Shown here: positions 19,621 to 29,333 of the stretch, one piece after another
Position numbering within the stretch: the first letter of the stretch is position 1
Layout: each line of letters starts with the position of its first letter
Source: Acidobacteriota bacterium
GTDB taxonomy: Bacteria; Bacillota; Syntrophomonadia; Syntrophomonadales; DTU052
Length of the DNA: 64,000 nucleotides
Assembly (NCBI GenBank): GCA_050259595.1
Contig: JBLNAX010000096.1
Span: 2,734 to 66,733, forward strand
Reading direction: 5' to 3'
Translations under genes and position numbers: made by a program
The notes under the pieces: generated by a model
Database searches by the model: none
What the model was told of the DNA's origin: nothing
The model's input: the letters and a program-made list of their open reading frames with translations, nothing else

Positions 19621-20376
19621 TTAGAACCCAACTTTAAGGTTCCAGGGCATAACGATCTTATATGTCGGTGTGATTTGATATATCTGAGGGATCGTGGGAC
19701 TGGTTTTGGTTATGCTGCTGGCGTATTTGTAAGAAGTACTTGGCAGTACTCGCCGTACATCGTTCAACTGCTGGCCATACCACCAGGAGAAATTGTCTAC
19801 GATACCGATAGCAGTTGGATGACCGCTCATGGTATTGATTACACAGGTCTTTCCGTTTACTTGTCCCACATAGATGCCAACATGGCTGATATGGCGCCCC
19901 AGAGCGGCAGTTGTTGTCCACCAGGTGAAGATGTCACCAGGTTGGAGTTTTTCCACGCCGACCAATTTATAGCGGCTGGTGCCGGGAATGAGTTGGGAAT
20001 ATACTCCCTCAACAACTGTGCCCACTTGATTGTACTTGGCTGATATAGTTGTAAGCGGGTATCCGTAATCACCATAGACTCTAGATACAAACTGTGAACA
20101 GTCTATGTATCCTGTGGTTGAGTATGCCGTATGTCCATATTTAATAAAGCCGAATTCCATGTACCAAATGGCTCGTCCGACCAGGGACTGAGCGGGATTC
20201 TGTTGATAAGAGGCGCGCAGGGCATAAATTATCGGCACCTCATGGTTCTTATAGTGTTCCTGTTCGGGGGTTAGAGGGGTCGTGGTGACTGTTGCAGCGA
20301 ATCCCATAGACGTCGCAAACAAAACAACAGTCAGTACGATCGCTAGTGCAATCGCTAATCTTGACGTTATCCGCAT
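19621..20376 (-). CDS. Secreted NlpC/P60 (C40) peptidase
   Basis: Signal peptide; IDCSQFV, LQPGDIF, HISHVGIYVG. Confidence 0.9.
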   Translation of the reverse strand: MRITSRLAIALAIVLTVVLFATSMGFAATVTTTPLTPEQEHYKNHEVPIIYALRASYQQNPAQSLVGRAIWYMEFGFIKYGHTAYSTTGYIDCSQFVSRVYGDYGYPLTTISAKYNQVGTVVEGVYSQLIPGTSRYKLVGVEKLQPGDIFTWWTTTAALGRHISHVGIYVGQVNGKTCVINTMSGHPTAIGIVDNFSWWYGQQLNDVRRVLPSTSYKYASSITKTSPTIPQIYQITPTYKIVMPWNLKVGF

Positions 20377-20502
20377 TATTGATCCTCCTACTGCAAATTA
20401 ATGTTCGAACATAGCTACCCGGATAACTAATTTCGTCTCACCATAAACATCGGGCGTGACGGAGGTGAACTCGATGGTAAGTGGAGGGAAGAGAGGAAAA
20501 AG

Positions 20503-20526
20503 AAAAAGGAGGCTATAAACCTCCTT
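20503..20526 (-). terminator. Terminator of the YtkA/FixG-like operon
   Basis: AAGGAGG-TTTATAG-CCTCCTT followed by TTT on the minus strand. Confidence 0.6.
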
Positions 20527-20551
20527 AATCAGTAACCATATAGTCAAAATG

Positions 20552-21907
20552 TTACATACGCATTCCCATTCTAACAGTAAATGTTAGGAAGTTGATTACA
20601 CCAAAAAAGAGTATGACTAAAATATAAGGTATAGCTACGGACCATGCCCGGTGTTCACCGTAATTGTTTTTAGCGATCCTATTGGCAGTGTAAATCGAGC
20701 CGAGAGTTCCGATAATAACTAAGACGTACTGCATGATTTGAATCGTCGGGTCGGGGACTAGGCCGAGCGGCCCTTCCATATGCATTCCGAACAAACCCGT
20801 AAAAGTATAATAGATGGCTTTCCCTTCGGCTAATAGGTGGAACAGATTATGGGCTATATGGGCAGATAGATCAAGTGGAATTACTGCATAGCCAAAGCGG
20901 GCAAAGGCATTTTTTAATGTTTCGCCGGTTACGTGTTTGGAAAAAGCAGTAGCAGCAAAAAGCAGTAAAACCGGCGTAGCCATAGCTAAGATAAACAGGA
21001 TTGTAAAAGCCACATTTACGTTACTAATTCCTAAAAACTGTTCTACCCACTTGAGAAACGCTGGGTAAAAGTCCAGCATGGTAATGTTTTGTACAAAAAC
21101 AATTCCCACAATAACAATTGCCAAGAAAGACTCCTCAAACCGCGCTCTAGTCATTGACCAGAATTCACTCGTGGGAATGCGTGGTGTTATCCTGATAGAA
21201 TCGTGGGGGCAAGTCTTTATGCAGTTGGCACACAGGTTACAGCTTGCGTTGTTTTCCATTGCCATAGGTAATTCGAACATCGGGCACCCCGGAGCATTGC
21301 TGTTACCTCTATAACAATCCCTAGTTTTGCACTGAGTTCTGCAGATATCCTTGTCAGCCCTTAACTCCAGCATTCCTGCTCGTGAATAGTTGCCGGACAG
21401 ACTGCCAAGAAAACATAAATAGCGGCACCAGGTACGGCGTTCAAAGAACATAGCTGTTATCATAACACCGGCGAAAAGTAACAATAATACGGTTCCGGTG
21501 CCCCTAGGAGACTCTACGATGCCCCAAATATGATCGGACCAGGTGATGAGAATAAAAGTAAAATCAATTATCCAAAGCCCATACTTCTTGATGAAATGCG
21601 GAACCTTCAGATCTGCTCCAAAGAGTTTTTGGGTTAGATCGCTGAGCCAGGCGAAGGGGCATATGGCACACCAGAACCTGCCGAACAAAAAGAAGAAAAG
21701 CGGTATCAACGGCCACCAGAGGACCCAAGTGGCTGCTGTGCCGAAGTTGTCTTCTGGAGTGATCGGTCCTGCTATAGCCTCAAACATCACAACGGCAAAG
21801 ACAAGAACAGCGCCCCACTGAAATATGCTAGGGTACAGGCGGCTTTTGAGAAAGTGTCTTAAAACTGGATATCTTAGAAGATTTATCGGCTGTTTATTCG
21901 AAGACAT
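20552..21907 (-). CDS. Membrane 4Fe-4S polyferredoxin (FixG/NapH/NosR-C-like)
   Basis: GRFWCAICP, RTWCRYLC and CNLCANCIKTCP motifs, many TM helices, HIAHNLFH; start at MSSNK after GGAGGG. Confidence 0.85.
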   Translation of the reverse strand: MSSNKQPINLLRYPVLRHFLKSRLYPSIFQWGAVLVFAVVMFEAIAGPITPEDNFGTAATWVLWWPLIPLFFFLFGRFWCAICPFAWLSDLTQKLFGADLKVPHFIKKYGLWIIDFTFILITWSDHIWGIVESPRGTGTVLLLLFAGVMITAMFFERRTWCRYLCFLGSLSGNYSRAGMLELRADKDICRTQCKTRDCYRGNSNAPGCPMFELPMAMENNASCNLCANCIKTCPHDSIRITPRIPTSEFWSMTRARFEESFLAIVIVGIVFVQNITMLDFYPAFLKWVEQFLGISNVNVAFTILFILAMATPVLLLFAATAFSKHVTGETLKNAFARFGYAVIPLDLSAHIAHNLFHLLAEGKAIYYTFTGLFGMHMEGPLGLVPDPTIQIMQYVLVIIGTLGSIYTANRIAKNNYGEHRAWSVAIPYILVILFFGVINFLTFTVRMGMRM

Positions 21908-22469
21908 GTGATGTCCCTCCACTTTCGTGCGGTTTTCTTTTCTTGAGCATTGATGCTAGTATACCGGCGAGAAAAATCATCCCAGCAATAACACCGATAA
22001 AAATATAGTTTGGTCCCGAGCTGTCAACACTGATCGGAAATGTGATCTTTCCTGGGCCAAGACGAGAAGTAATATTAAATGTTTGATTCCATTGCCCCGG
22101 GTCACTGAGAGTGATGGAAGCAGTGTATTGGCCTCGATAGCTCTTATTTGAATGCATAATTACCTGTTCCGGTTTATCCATGCTGAGAGACATTTGATCA
22201 CCACTCATGTTGGCGTCGTTGTCCATCATGGTTGATTTCATCTGAACTTTGGCACCGGTAACTGGTTTCCCAGTGAGCTTGTCAGTAAGAATCACGGAGA
22301 TAGTTGTAGGTTTGTTGGACATGAGCATCTCTGGTTGGGTCGTCAATACTATGTGATAGGGACCGGCTGTTTTTGCGTTTTCTTCTGCAGCTAATGCAAA
22401 AGCGCTGGTTGCCAGTAATGATGTGATTAGCATTATAGCAAGGATAATTTTCTTTCTAAAATGATTCAT
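21894..22469 (-). CDS. YtkA/FixH-like Met-rich surface protein with C-terminal TM anchor
   Basis: Signal peptide; GKPVTGAKV, Met-rich segment, GQYTASITLSDPGQW; GGAGGAG RBS before ATG at 22469. Confidence 0.75.
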   Translation of the reverse strand: MNHFRKKIILAIMLITSLLATSAFALAAEENAKTAGPYHIVLTTQPEMLMSNKPTTISVILTDKLTGKPVTGAKVQMKSTMMDNDANMSGDQMSLSMDKPEQVIMHSNKSYRGQYTASITLSDPGQWNQTFNITSRLGPGKITFPISVDSSGPNYIFIGVIAGMIFLAGILASMLKKRKPHESGGTSHVFE

Positions 22470-22508
22470 ACAACAAACTCCTCCATTCGTATTTGTTGTA
22501 TTTATACT

Positions 22509-22524
22509 TGCAACGGTCATGCCA
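22509..22524 (-). promoter_or_regulatory. Sigma54 (-24/-12) promoter
   Basis: TGGCATGACCGTTGCA on the minus strand: GG-N10-GC, near consensus, 40 nt upstream of the start codon. Confidence 0.8.
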
Positions 22525-22795
22525 GTATGAAGGGCAGAACGAAGTCTTCTAAGACCTAAGCCTTATGGCACGGGAGTATGGCAAATGGTGGTGGCAGTCA
22601 TTTGAAGAGATGACCTTGAATCAATGCTTGTATTTCATCATATAAGTCTGCGAAAAGCTACATAGTTGCGGCTTTTCATACAATAGAAGCGGTTACACTG
22701 ATAGCACTAAGATATATGGTTGCTTTGATGATTCGAATGGAGTACCCCTGGTATGAGGCAAAAGGCTATAATAGAGAATATTAGTTTTATTAAGG

Positions 22796-24709
22796 ATGCA
22801 TCCTATGAATCTCTTGACCATGGAAAACATATGTAAATCGCATGGTGCTAAGAATCTCTTGCGGGAGATCAGCTTCAGTATCGATGAGGGCGAAAAGATT
22901 GGTCTGTTAGGCAAGAATGGCTCGGGCAAGTCTACTTTTTTAAAACTTGTGGCGGGCGCCGAAGAACCTGATCAGGGCTTTATTGTTACGGCCAAATCAC
23001 TGCGCATCGAGTATCTGGCGCAAAACGCCCTGTACGATCCAGAGGCCACGATCATGCAGACTGTGTTAAGTGGAGATTCACCTGCTATGCAGGTTTGGCG
23101 GCAGTATCATGCTATGATCCTAGATATGGACAATGCCGAGGCAGATGCAGCAAATCGAGAATTATCACATTTGAGCCAACAGATGGAGAACCTGGACGCC
23201 TGGACTCTTGAGAGCGAGGCTCACTCTATTCTGACGCGATTAGGCATTGCGCAGTACAGCGAGCCGATGGGCATGCTCTCCGGCGGTCAGCGTAAAAGAG
23301 TTGCCCTGGCAGCGGCGCTCATGAATCCGGCGGATCTGCTGATTCTTGATGAACCGACCAACCATTTGGACAATCAGGCTATAGATTGGCTGGAAAAATA
23401 CTTGCAAAAGTTCAACGGTGCATTGCTGATGGTTACTCACGATCGATATTTTTTAGAGCGTGTAACCAACCGTATTGTTGAGATCGATAGTGGTCAGATG
23501 TATAACTATCCTGGCAATTACAGTGTTTTTATCGAACGCAAGCTGGAGCGGGAAGACCGCGAAGCAGCTACCGCGGATAAACGGCAGGCTTTACTGCGTA
23601 AGGAATTAGAATGGATGCGCAAAGGTGCCCGAGCCCGCACTACCAAGCAGAAAGCGCGAATTGACCGTTTTGAGAAGCTGCAGGCTGAGCAGCCGCGCAC
23701 AGCAGGCGGGACAGTGGACATTGCATCTACCGCCAGCCGCTTAGGCAAAAAGACGATCATTCTGCATGACATATCTCACGGTTATGACGGAGTGCAGCTT
23801 GTCAAAGACTATTCCTGTATATTGGATAGGGAAGAGCGTATGGGTATAGTCGGCCCCAACGGTGTGGGTAAATCAACAATATTGCGTATCATGAGCGGAG
23901 ATATAACACCTGATGAGGGTTATATCGAACTCGGCAGTACCGTTAAAATCGGGTATTTTCCTCAGGAGAGTACAGGCCTCCCGCTGGAAATGCGAGTCAT
24001 TGATTATATTCGCGACGCAGCTGAATACGTACAAGCCGGCAAGAAAAATCTCAGTGCCTCACAAATGCTGGAGACATTTCTGTTTACACCGGCTTCCCAA
24101 TGGACGGCCTTGGAGAAGCTTTCCGGAGGGGAGATCAGGCGTCTGCACCTACTGCGTATCCTTATGGAAGCCCCCAATATCCTGCTCCTGGATGAGCCGG
24201 GGAATGATTTGGATATCGAGACTCTGAACATCCTGGAGGACTATTTGGATGACTTCAAAGGTGCGGTAGTGGCGGTGTCGCACGACCGTTATTTCCTGGA
24301 TCGAGTATCAGAAACGATATTAGCCTTTGAGGGCGATGGCCGACTGACCGAATATCCCGGTAATTACTCTGATTACCTATTCTATTCCGCAGAAAAGCCT
24401 GACCCTCGGCAGGATTCAGCTCCGGCTAATGAGAAAAAAGCTTACCGTGATTCCGAAAAACCAAAGCAGGTCAAGTTCACTTTCAAGGAACAAAAAGAGT
24501 TTGAGGAAATCGATGATAAAATCGCGGCTGTGGAAACCGAATTAAAGGACCTGAATGCCCTAATAGAAGCGGCGGCCAGTAATTACATGCTCTTGGAAGA
24601 GCTTCTGGCTAGACGCCCGGAAATAGAGCAGCAGTTGGATGTACTGCTGGAGCGCTGGACTTATTTAACTGAACTGGCTGAGGAGATAGACAGGCAGAAA
24701 GGCCGGTAA
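22796..24709 (+). CDS. ABC-F family ATPase (Uup/YfmR-like)
   Basis: Two ABC domains without TM helices; LDEPTNHLD, KGARARTTKQKARI linker, C-terminal KFTFKEQKEF coiled coil. Confidence 0.92.
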   Translation: MHPMNLLTMENICKSHGAKNLLREISFSIDEGEKIGLLGKNGSGKSTFLKLVAGAEEPDQGFIVTAKSLRIEYLAQNALYDPEATIMQTVLSGDSPAMQVWRQYHAMILDMDNAEADAANRELSHLSQQMENLDAWTLESEAHSILTRLGIAQYSEPMGMLSGGQRKRVALAAALMNPADLLILDEPTNHLDNQAIDWLEKYLQKFNGALLMVTHDRYFLERVTNRIVEIDSGQMYNYPGNYSVFIERKLEREDREAATADKRQALLRKELEWMRKGARARTTKQKARIDRFEKLQAEQPRTAGGTVDIASTASRLGKKTIILHDISHGYDGVQLVKDYSCILDREERMGIVGPNGVGKSTILRIMSGDITPDEGYIELGSTVKIGYFPQESTGLPLEMRVIDYIRDAAEYVQAGKKNLSASQMLETFLFTPASQWTALEKLSGGEIRRLHLLRILMEAPNILLLDEPGNDLDIETLNILEDYLDDFKGAVVAVSHDRYFLDRVSETILAFEGDGRLTEYPGNYSDYLFYSAEKPDPRQDSAPANEKKAYRDSEKPKQVKFTFKEQKEFEEIDDKIAAVETELKDLNALIEAAASNYMLLEELLARRPEIEQQLDVLLERWTYLTELAEEIDRQKGR

Positions 24710-24769
24710 CAGGTGAGGACGGGTCATATAGGTCCAGAAACGAAGATTTAATATATTAGGGTATAAAAT

Positions 24770-24793
24770 AAAAGCGGGTGTGCCCGCTTTTTT
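24770..24793 (+). terminator. Intrinsic terminator
   Basis: AAAAGCGGG-TGTG-CCCGCTTTTTT. Confidence 0.75.
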
Positions 24794-24953
24794 CTTACTG
24801 TATACAGTTTCTGATTATGTGGTCGCAAGCTGCTATGAGCGGAAGAAAGCTAATAAAAATGAGCTATATAACAGAGCTTGCAGAAAAAATAATATTGTGT
24901 TATAACATTAACATAGGCATTGCGGATGGAATGTTGCAAAGGGGGTCGAAAGC

Positions 24954-25907
24954 ATGAAACTAGTGAAGATTATCGGAATAATTGTCCTGTTGATCGTATT
25001 AGTGAATGGCTTGTTGTTGATTCGATTTTACTCAGGTAAGAAAGAAATGCAGGCGAACAATGATAAAATAGGGAAGGCACGTCTGATGATACCGGAAGTT
25101 GATTCGCTCGAAATCATTCCTGTTGTCGACAGCCAGACATCCAGAAGTGATGTCCGGACGGAGGATGGTTTGTCCTATGTCCTTCGAAGTGACCATGAAT
25201 CAATAATATTTGATGTGGGTTGGAACAAGAACAATGAAAAGGAATCACCATTTATATACAACCTTAAAGCGTTGGGGTTCGATCTTTCGGACTTTAATGC
25301 CATGGTTATCAGTCACTGTCATCCGGACCACGTTGGAGGCATGGGGTTCAGAGAACAAAAGGTGACTGTTGGTGGGCAAACGGCCGACTTTCCGGTCTAT
25401 ACTCCAATTCCCATGACATTTGAGGATACCAAAACAATTGCAGTTGGCAAGCCGTCCATGATCGGTAAGGATTTCGCCAGTAGCGGACCTTTGGCGCAGC
25501 AAATGTATGTGCCGGGGACAGTATATGAACAAGCGTTGATGATTAATGTGAAAGGTAAGGGGCTGGTGCTTGTTTCAGGATGCGGCCATCCGCAGATAAA
25601 CACCATGGTTGAGAAAGCAGAGGCTATCACCGGGCAGCCAGTATACGCGGTTGTAGGGGGCACACACCTTTACTATACTACTGTAGAGTCGGCTTTCTGG
25701 CGTCGAATAATGGGCAGCACCAAAGTCTTTGCATTGGGTTTGAGCCGTGCTGAGGTAGAAAATACAGTTGACAAGCTGAAAGCACAAGGTGTACAAAAGG
25801 TGTACATCTCGGCTCATGATGCGGACCAGGCATCACTGAAAATATTTGAATCGCGTTTTGTTAAGGATTTTGCGGTAATTAAGGTAGGAAGTCCCATCAA
25901 CTTTTAG
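24954..25907 (+). CDS. Metallo-beta-lactamase-fold hydrolase with N-terminal anchor
   Basis: IIFDVG, ISHCHPDHVGG, SGCGHP, VGGTHL. Confidence 0.88.
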   Translation: MKLVKIIGIIVLLIVLVNGLLLIRFYSGKKEMQANNDKIGKARLMIPEVDSLEIIPVVDSQTSRSDVRTEDGLSYVLRSDHESIIFDVGWNKNNEKESPFIYNLKALGFDLSDFNAMVISHCHPDHVGGMGFREQKVTVGGQTADFPVYTPIPMTFEDTKTIAVGKPSMIGKDFASSGPLAQQMYVPGTVYEQALMINVKGKGLVLVSGCGHPQINTMVEKAEAITGQPVYAVVGGTHLYYTTVESAFWRRIMGSTKVFALGLSRAEVENTVDKLKAQGVQKVYISAHDADQASLKIFESRFVKDFAVIKVGSPINF

Positions 25908-25919
25908 TGGGGGAGTGGA

Positions 25920-26762
25920 ATGGCACAGTCAATCAAAAAGCAGGACAGCGTAAGCAGTATAATAATGTTTATCTTTAACGTATTTCTAGTAGAGCGGGGA
26001 ATAAACAGTATCCCGCTGAAGAAGATACTGCACCTCGTGCAACCGTTCAATAAAAATGAAACCGCTGTCAGAATGGGGCTCTCGCGAGCCGTTCAGAACG
26101 GAATACTGCGCAATGTAAGGAAAGATAACGAGGTTCACTATGAATTGACTGAATCCGGCGTTGAGGCGGTAGAGGAATGGCGCCGGGTATTGGCCGAATT
26201 TCGCCACAATATAGATGCTCAGGTGGCAGGTTGGAGTGGATTTTGGAACACGGTCTTCATTAGTGACAGTACCTTCAATAATTCAGACACGCTGGCGCTG
26301 GTGCTGGATATATTGGCTGAGCACAAATACGGTATGCTCAGTAAGAACTTGTGGATATGCCCATATGGACGCTCCTCTGCGTTTGCCAAAGTGCTAAATA
26401 TGAAGAAGACAGAGTCATTAGGGGTCCAGATATTCGAATCGCGACCGCTTCAGAATAATAGGGTTCTGGCCAACATGGTCTGGGGAACTGAGAAATTGGC
26501 TGCCAGATATTCTGAGTTTTTTACTGAATTAAATAAAGAAGTTCAGGCCCTAAAGCAGGAAAAAACGGCAGAAGGAATACTGCCTTTTCTGCACCGGTTT
26601 GGGATTCAGTTGTTCGAAATCATAAAAGATGATCCCCAATTGCCGATGGAAGTCCTACCCGAGGGCTGGCTAGGCCTCGAAGCCGCCAGGACCTTCAATG
26701 GAATACGAGAGGATCTGCTGCCGGCGGCAAGTGAGTATATAGATCAGGTGTTAGCTGAGTAG
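25920..26762 (+). CDS. PaaX-family transcriptional regulator
   Basis: ETAVRMGLSR winged helix, YELTESG, WSGFW, DDPQLPMEVLPEGWLG. Confidence 0.88.
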   Translation: MAQSIKKQDSVSSIIMFIFNVFLVERGINSIPLKKILHLVQPFNKNETAVRMGLSRAVQNGILRNVRKDNEVHYELTESGVEAVEEWRRVLAEFRHNIDAQVAGWSGFWNTVFISDSTFNNSDTLALVLDILAEHKYGMLSKNLWICPYGRSSAFAKVLNMKKTESLGVQIFESRPLQNNRVLANMVWGTEKLAARYSEFFTELNKEVQALKQEKTAEGILPFLHRFGIQLFEIIKDDPQLPMEVLPEGWLGLEAARTFNGIREDLLPAASEYIDQVLAE

Positions 26763-26772
26763 AAAAAAGAAC

Positions 26773-26798
26773 AAACCCTCCGATCACGCGGAGGGTTT
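26773..26798. terminator. Bidirectional terminator
   Basis: AAACCCTCCG-ATCACG-CGGAGGGTTT. Confidence 0.7.
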
Positions 26799-26807
26799 AT
26801 GATAGGC

Positions 26808-27197
26808 TTATGCGGTTATTTGTTTGTCTTCCTTCAGAATGTGTTGGCTTATCCAGTTGACCAGGAATTCCAGCAGGTCCGAGATGTATTTATCCTGGTT
26901 TTCATCGATTGTCCTATAATCGGTCTCTTCGATTTTCTTTATGAAGTCATCGTGAATGACTTTGTGCCCCAAAAACCTCATGTATTTGACACTCTGCATG
27001 AACTCTTCTTCTGTCTTGAAATGGTAGATAGTGTACTCTTTGAGCTCGTCCAGAACCGTGGCAATTTGATCAAACTTGTCTGTGATAAGGTCATTCTTGA
27101 GTAGTTCGAAAGCTCGATTGGCAATTTCAAACAGCTTTTTGTGCTGTTCATCGATTTGCTCAACGCCAGTGCTATATTTATCATCCCACTTGATCAT
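26808..27197 (-). CDS. Bacteriohemerythrin
   Basis: IDEQHKKL, HFKTEEEFM, HKVIH, HILKED iron ligands. Confidence 0.95.
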   Translation of the reverse strand: MIKWDDKYSTGVEQIDEQHKKLFEIANRAFELLKNDLITDKFDQIATVLDELKEYTIYHFKTEEEFMQSVKYMRFLGHKVIHDDFIKKIEETDYRTIDENQDKYISDLLEFLVNWISQHILKEDKQITA

Positions 27198-27229
27198 CAA
27201 GAAGCCCCCTCTCAAATATTTGAAGTGTA

Positions 27230-27256
27230 CTTCGACAAAATACCAGCTATTCCTTC
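27230..27256 (-). promoter_or_regulatory. SigH-like promoter of the hemerythrin gene
   Basis: GAAGGAATA...GTCGAAG on the minus strand. Confidence 0.5.
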
Positions 27257-27392
27257 AACAAAAAGACTCGATTACGTGCGAAGTAAACGGGAATGGGGTA
27301 TAGGTAGAATGTTCTAGAATTGGCTTCCTGGCCTTTGTTAGATATAATATCATTGTCTATGTGTATGGAATCAAGCAACAAGGAGAAGGCCA

Positions 27393-28310
27393 ATGAATGC
27401 GAAAGATAACATGTCCTGGCAGGATGAAGTACAGCGCGTGGCAAAGGGCATCAGACGCCGGGTTTTGGAACATACCATCAACAGCAATGGCGGCTATCTT
27501 AGTCAGGCTTGTTCGGCTGCGGAAATCGTTGCAGCCATGTATCTGAAAATCATGAATCTGGGCCCTTCGGTGGCGCCACTGATTCCGCTGCGTTTTGGCG
27601 GTGTGCCAGGACCCAATAATAGTGAAAGCTTTACCGGAGCCGGATATAATGGACCACAGGCACCAGACCTGGACCGGTTTATTTTGTCTCCCTCACAATA
27701 TGCTCTGGTCATCTACGCGGCACTAGTGGAGCTGGGGCGCATGGCCCTGGAGGGACTTGCTCAGTTTAATCAAGATGGCAGTACTGTTGAGATGATAGGT
27801 GCTGAACACTCGCCGGGTATGGAGGTAATGACAGGTTCGCTGGGGCAGGGCTTGAGTCAGGCCGCTGGTATGGCCATGGCCCGCAGACTCCGCGGTGATA
27901 CTGGTCGTATATGGCTTTTCATGTCCGATGGAGAATTTCAGATCGGGCAGACCTGGGAGGCTATCCAATCCATGGTCTATCATAAGCTAGACAATATAGG
28001 CATTTATGTTGATGTTAACGGACAACAATGTGATGGCACGGTGACCAGTGTAATGAATATCGAGCCTCTGGACCAGCGGTTGGAGGCTTTCGGGGCCAGA
28101 GTATTCAAAGTTGACGGCCATGATATAGAAGCACTAGCTGCTCCGGCTGGGCTAGAACCCAATGGCCAGCCTCTGGTAGTGCTGGCTTACACCAACTCTT
28201 GTCAGGGTATAGAATTGCTTAGTTCGCGGGCACCTAAACTGCACTACTTGCGATTTGATAACGATGCTGAGCGGCAGAAATACTCGACATTCCTGGCCAA
28301 CTTTGAATAG
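27393..28310 (+). CDS. Transketolase-like ThDP enzyme, N-terminal subunit (atypical active site)
   Basis: DRFILS, TGSLGQGLS, ThDP motif SDGEFQIGQTWEA...DVN, VDGHD. Confidence 0.92.
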   Translation: MNAKDNMSWQDEVQRVAKGIRRRVLEHTINSNGGYLSQACSAAEIVAAMYLKIMNLGPSVAPLIPLRFGGVPGPNNSESFTGAGYNGPQAPDLDRFILSPSQYALVIYAALVELGRMALEGLAQFNQDGSTVEMIGAEHSPGMEVMTGSLGQGLSQAAGMAMARRLRGDTGRIWLFMSDGEFQIGQTWEAIQSMVYHKLDNIGIYVDVNGQQCDGTVTSVMNIEPLDQRLEAFGARVFKVDGHDIEALAAPAGLEPNGQPLVVLAYTNSCQGIELLSSRAPKLHYLRFDNDAERQKYSTFLANFE

Positions 28311-28325
28311 ATAAGGAGAACACTT

Positions 28326-29333
28326 ATGGAGATCAAGACCAAAGTCCACCATAAGAACTTGGTCGAATGGGCCAAAGATAAGCCAGAAGTCGTGGTGTTG
28401 TCAGCCGACCTGACCAGTTCCACGGAAATAGACCTGTTTCGAGATACATATCCAGACCGCTTCTTTTCTATGGGCATTGCTGAGCAGAATATGCTGAGTT
28501 TTGCGGGGGGGATAGCCCGCGAAGGCTATTTCCCATTCGTGCATACCTTTGCGGTATTTATCTATCGACGCGCTTATGATCAGATAGCAGTATCGGTGGC
28601 CTATCCGAATCTGCCAGTACGCATGTTTGGCTTTTTACCGGGAATTATGACCCCGGGCGGGGCTACCCACCAGGCAATTGAGGACATCAGTATCATGCGC
28701 TCCCTGCCTAATATGACAGTGCTGGAGTGCGGAGATGCTACCGATGTGGAGAGCGTGCTCGACGTGGCTCAGTCTGTGAATGGGCCAGTTTACATCCGTA
28801 TGCTGCGGGGCGAGATCCCACGATTGTTCGATAAGTCGGAACCTATGATGTTAGGTAAGACCAGAACTCTCAGTGAAGGAACCGATATTGCAGTGTTTTC
28901 CAGTGGTATATGCACTGAAGAAGCCATGCGGGCGATTAAGGCTTTACAGGCTCACGGAGTATCTATTCAGCATTTACATGTTTCTACTTTGAAACCGTTC
29001 GATAATCCGGAAGTTCTCGATGCAATAGCTGGAGCTAAATACGGGGTTGTCACATTCGAAAATCATTCGGTAATTGGGGGCCTGGGAACCATTGTAGCTG
29101 AAAAAATAGCAGAGGCCGGTCTGGGCAAAAAACTGGTTCGTATCGGAATCAAAGACACATTCCTGCATGGAGCCAGCCGCAAGTATCTTGCTCGTGAATA
29201 TGAGATCGATGCCCTAGCACTGATCGGAAGGATAGGGCAGATGGTGCGTAGCCAGTTCAACATTACCGAAAATGAATTGGCTGATATCCACATTACCGCA
29301 GTCCACAGCCAGGCCAAAGCGGAGGCGCTGTAG
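28326..29333 (+). CDS. Transketolase-like enzyme, C-terminal subunit
   Basis: LSADL, MGIAEQNM, YDQI, GGATHQAIED, GPVYIR, ENHSVIGGLG. Confidence 0.92.
   Translation: MEIKTKVHHKNLVEWAKDKPEVVVLSADLTSSTEIDLFRDTYPDRFFSMGIAEQNMLSFAGGIAREGYFPFVHTFAVFIYRRAYDQIAVSVAYPNLPVRMFGFLPGIMTPGGATHQAIEDISIMRSLPNMTVLECGDATDVESVLDVAQSVNGPVYIRMLRGEIPRLFDKSEPMMLGKTRTLSEGTDIAVFSSGICTEEAMRAIKALQAHGVSIQHLHVSTLKPFDNPEVLDAIAGAKYGVVTFENHSVIGGLGTIVAEKIAEAGLGKKLVRIGIKDTFLHGASRKYLAREYEIDALALIGRIGQMVRSQFNITENELADIHITAVHSQAKAEAL

Noticed and set aside
20401-20412. Palindrome ATGTTCGAACAT as a LexA box
   Set aside because: The half-sites are in the wrong order and spacing for CGAAC-N4-GTTCG.
22530-22620. GACCTAAG...TATGGCA resembling the c-di-GMP-I P3 arm
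   Set aside because: The GGCAAA/GNRA/GCAAA P1-P2 elements are absent; more likely the enhancer region of the sigma54 promoter.
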